From: Lama glama
Taxonomy: Eukaryota
Assembly: GCA_028534125.1 (NCBI GenBank)
Contig: CM052817.1
Coordinates: 34,970,001 to 35,034,000, forward strand
Reading direction: 5' to 3'
Length of the DNA stretch: 64,000 nt
Made by a program: the position numbers and the translations under genes. Below the pieces are notes generated by a model. It saw nothing but the letters and a program-made list of their open reading frames with translations, had not been told where the DNA came from and did no database searches. Shown here one piece after another: positions 61,488-64,000 of the stretch; the first letter of the stretch is position 1; each line of letters opens with the position of its first letter.

Positions 61488-62849
61488 GTTTAACTATATA
61501 ACTTAACTATATAATTTCTTTTGCACATTCTTTGACCAGTAACTTCTAATATAGCAGTTAAATGGTTAAAAATTTTCAAAATTCTTAACATTTTGCATCC
61601 TCCTTTAGTATTGTTAAAGTCTCTGAAAATCCGTGTCTTGCATGCCCTTGCATGCCAAAAGTGGAACAGGGGACTGAGACCTGCTTTGATGTGCCACACT
61701 GTTATTGTAGCCCCACACGTGGTAACTGTGAACCAAGGTCTTTGCAAAGTGAGGGGGAAAAGTAGCACCTGTCAAAAGTGGTGCCTGATAACTTCTGTTT
61801 TGTGAGGCCCATGAGACCTAGAAAGTTCTAATATGAGCATAAATTCTCTATAACTCTTTCAGTATTTTAAGAGTGTATAATTAATTGGGTGTTCCTTGCC
61901 CTGCAAAATTAAGACAGTAGACTTACACTTGATTTATGTAAAGCTGAATTTTTATTGAGTGTGTATTCATGTCTTTGGCAAGACTACAATAAGTCAAGAA
62001 AAGACTCCAGTTACATAGGTTCTACACATTTAATTTTTGGCTTCTAGTGCTGCTAGATCAATTCAAAGGGAACTTGCTTAACCCTTTATAAAATTCATTA
62101 TGCTTATTTGAAATAAAGCAGACATCATTTAGAATACGCAAGCACTGAACAATGAATGATACCTATATTTACAAAAATACACAACCATATTTTACTCTGG
62201 TAGTTAATTAAAATGTTTAGCTAGTAAAACCCAGCTGGATAAGGCAATAAGCATTAGATTCTCCCTGTATCAAGGTTGCTCCTTTAAGTAAGGTATCTGC
62301 ATTAAATTTAGAGTAGTCCTGTTTTTGGCATTGGGACATCTGACTTAAGATGGAATACGTATTAGGGTTAACCTTCATCTGCATCTTTTGTCACAAATGA
62401 TTTGTTTTGTTTTGTTTTTTGCTTTGTTTTCAATTTCTTGTTTAATAATGATACGAAATTATTTTTAGGATCTTTGCAGGCAGAGTGAAGAAAAGATCAC
62501 CAGAAACTGATTTCCAAGTTCCATCGAAATAGTCACTGCAAAACATGGAGAAAAAGTCTCAGTGCTTCCAGTTTGGCCACAAAAGGAAAAGATAAATCAT
62601 TTTCTTAAAATTTCAAAGTCAATGTTTAATTTCATCATGGCTGGGGCCAATAATGCTCAATGTCAGTGTAACTTTGTTCAGACATACAGCGACTCAGCAA
62701 AGCAGTTACGAGCCTCTTCTGTGTGGCATCTTTCAACTTGTTTGACTTTCCGGAGTCCCAATGCCATTTCTCACTGTTGGGGTTCTGCAGGGCGAAACTC
62801 CCTCTGGAGTCCAGGTCGCTCTCCTTAGTCTCCGGCTGATCCAGGTACC

Positions 62850-63860
62850 AGCGGCTGAATTTGCATGCCGAGGGGTGGTCCCGGGTTCTTGCGCCAAGTG
62901 AGCCTCCCTGGGAGCCCGCCATAGTCACCTCAGACCCCAGGGTTCAGCCGACCCTCGGGCCATCCCCCGCAGGGGTGGGGAGGGCACTGACCAATCCCAC
63001 GCCCTTCCCGGTGCCCGGCTCAGGTTTCTGGGCATCCCGCCCCCCTCAAGGAAGGGAGCGGTCCAGCGCGCGTCTTCCCTCGAGGGCGCGAAAGGGAACT
63101 CGGGGCTGCTCCGCGCCAGGGCCCGGCTGTCCAGCGGCGAAGCCGGGCGGGGCCGCGGCGCGGGTCCGAGCGCCCGAGGCGCGGGCGGAGCATGTGACCA
63201 CGCCGCGCGGGGCCGGGCGCGCAGTGCCGCGCGGTGGCGGCGGCGGGGAGAGCAATGGAGGCCGCGGCCGCCTGAGAGGCGGGTGCGCTGCCGGTGCTGC
63301 TGCGGAGGCTGCTGGTGCTGCGAAGCCGCCGCGGGCTGTGCATCCGCGCTCACCGCCCGCGCAGGATCGCGGGTCGCCGTCTGGCCGCTCTGCCACCCCT
63401 GGCGCCTGACCAGGACCTCAGGTGAGCGCCCTCTCGGCCCGCGGCCGGAGCCAGACAATGGGTGCAGCGCGCGGGCTTGTCCCCTCCCCTCGCGACCCCC
63501 CGGGCCAGGCCCCCGCGGCGCCCCGGGATCCTCGATCTTGTAGCTGCCCCAGGGGTGTGGGCTCGGCGTGGCGGGCCGTGGACTTCGGGGCGGTGTCCTG
63601 GCGCGTGCTGCGGAGACCCTCCCCGAGGAACCGGCGCGTCGTGTGCGCCGCTTTGGATCCCACGCGAGGAACCTGAGGACGGGCTGCGCCCTCGGGAACT
63701 TGCCGAGAGCGTGGGACCTTCTAATTCCCTCTGTCCTTCCCGCGCCGCGGCGTCCTGCCCCGGGGTCCCCGGCTCGGGTGCGGGCAGCGGCCGGGGTCAG
63801 AGAGAGACCTCGCCGTCTGGGATCACGGACGCTGACCCGGCTCAGCCTTCTCCCCTCGCC
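62850..63860 (+). promoter_or_regulatory. CpG-island promoter, probably of CRACD (KIAA1211)
   Basis: Abrupt GC- and CpG-rich stretch in a CpG-depleted window. CCAAT at 62991, GC box GGGCGGGG at 63145, E-box CATGTGAC at 63191. Gene identity is inferred only from CEP135-CRACD synteny in human. Confidence 0.85.
63230..63421 (+). other. CRACD: Probable first (5' UTR) exon of the downstream gene (CRACD by synteny)
   Basis: Consensus donor CAG|GTGAGC at 63421/63422 inside the CpG island, downstream of the promoter motifs. The start position is a guess. Confidence 0.55.
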
Positions 63861-64000
63861 AGAGCTGCATTGCTTTGTTTAACCTCTGCCAGGCCATTTC
63901 GCACCAACTCTTGTTGCCCCAATTCTGATGAGCCACCAGTTCGATGGCTCTGAGGCAAGACAAAGGTTTTCCCTGTTTACAAAGGCTGGAGCTGGGAAAC

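Noticed and set aside
62861..63953. Long overlapping ORFs (up to 182 aa) on both strands
   Set aside because: Expected from stop-codon scarcity in a CpG island. They are Ala/Gly/Pro/Arg low-complexity sequence with no recognisable domain.

Overview
Mammalian nuclear DNA, most likely from a camelid, judged by its tRNA-Ala-derived Vic-1-type SINEs and the absence of Alu, Bov-A2/Bov-tA or PRE-1 SINEs. Positions 1-52.1 kb hold the 3' part of the centrosomal coiled-coil gene CEP135 on the + strand. There are 19 coding exons (numbered 7-25 by inference from the 26-exon human gene) with canonical GT-AG borders; they splice into one open frame of 2721 nt (906 aa + TGA at 45912-45914). A wholly non-coding last exon starts at 50572. 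The introns are full of L1, L2, MIR, hAT/TcMar DNA transposons, a MaLR remnant and young SINEs. Downstream lie an ancient, collapsed class III (ERVL/LTR40-type) provirus on the - strand, with readable RT and env immunosuppressive-domain remnants and a younger solo LTR inside it, then a CpG island with a first exon (63.2-63.4 kb) that is probably the CRACD/KIAA1211 promoter by synteny. I see no wholly new biological system. The best leads are splicing and transposon interactions in CEP135: a SINE whose target-site duplication copied a splice donor, an L1 tail at a branch point, a candidate poison micro-exon, a 73-nt intron and inverted SINE pairs. The env-bearing ERVL relic and a strong-context uORF are also worth checking. 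Repeat family names come from recalled consensus sequences, not from a database search.
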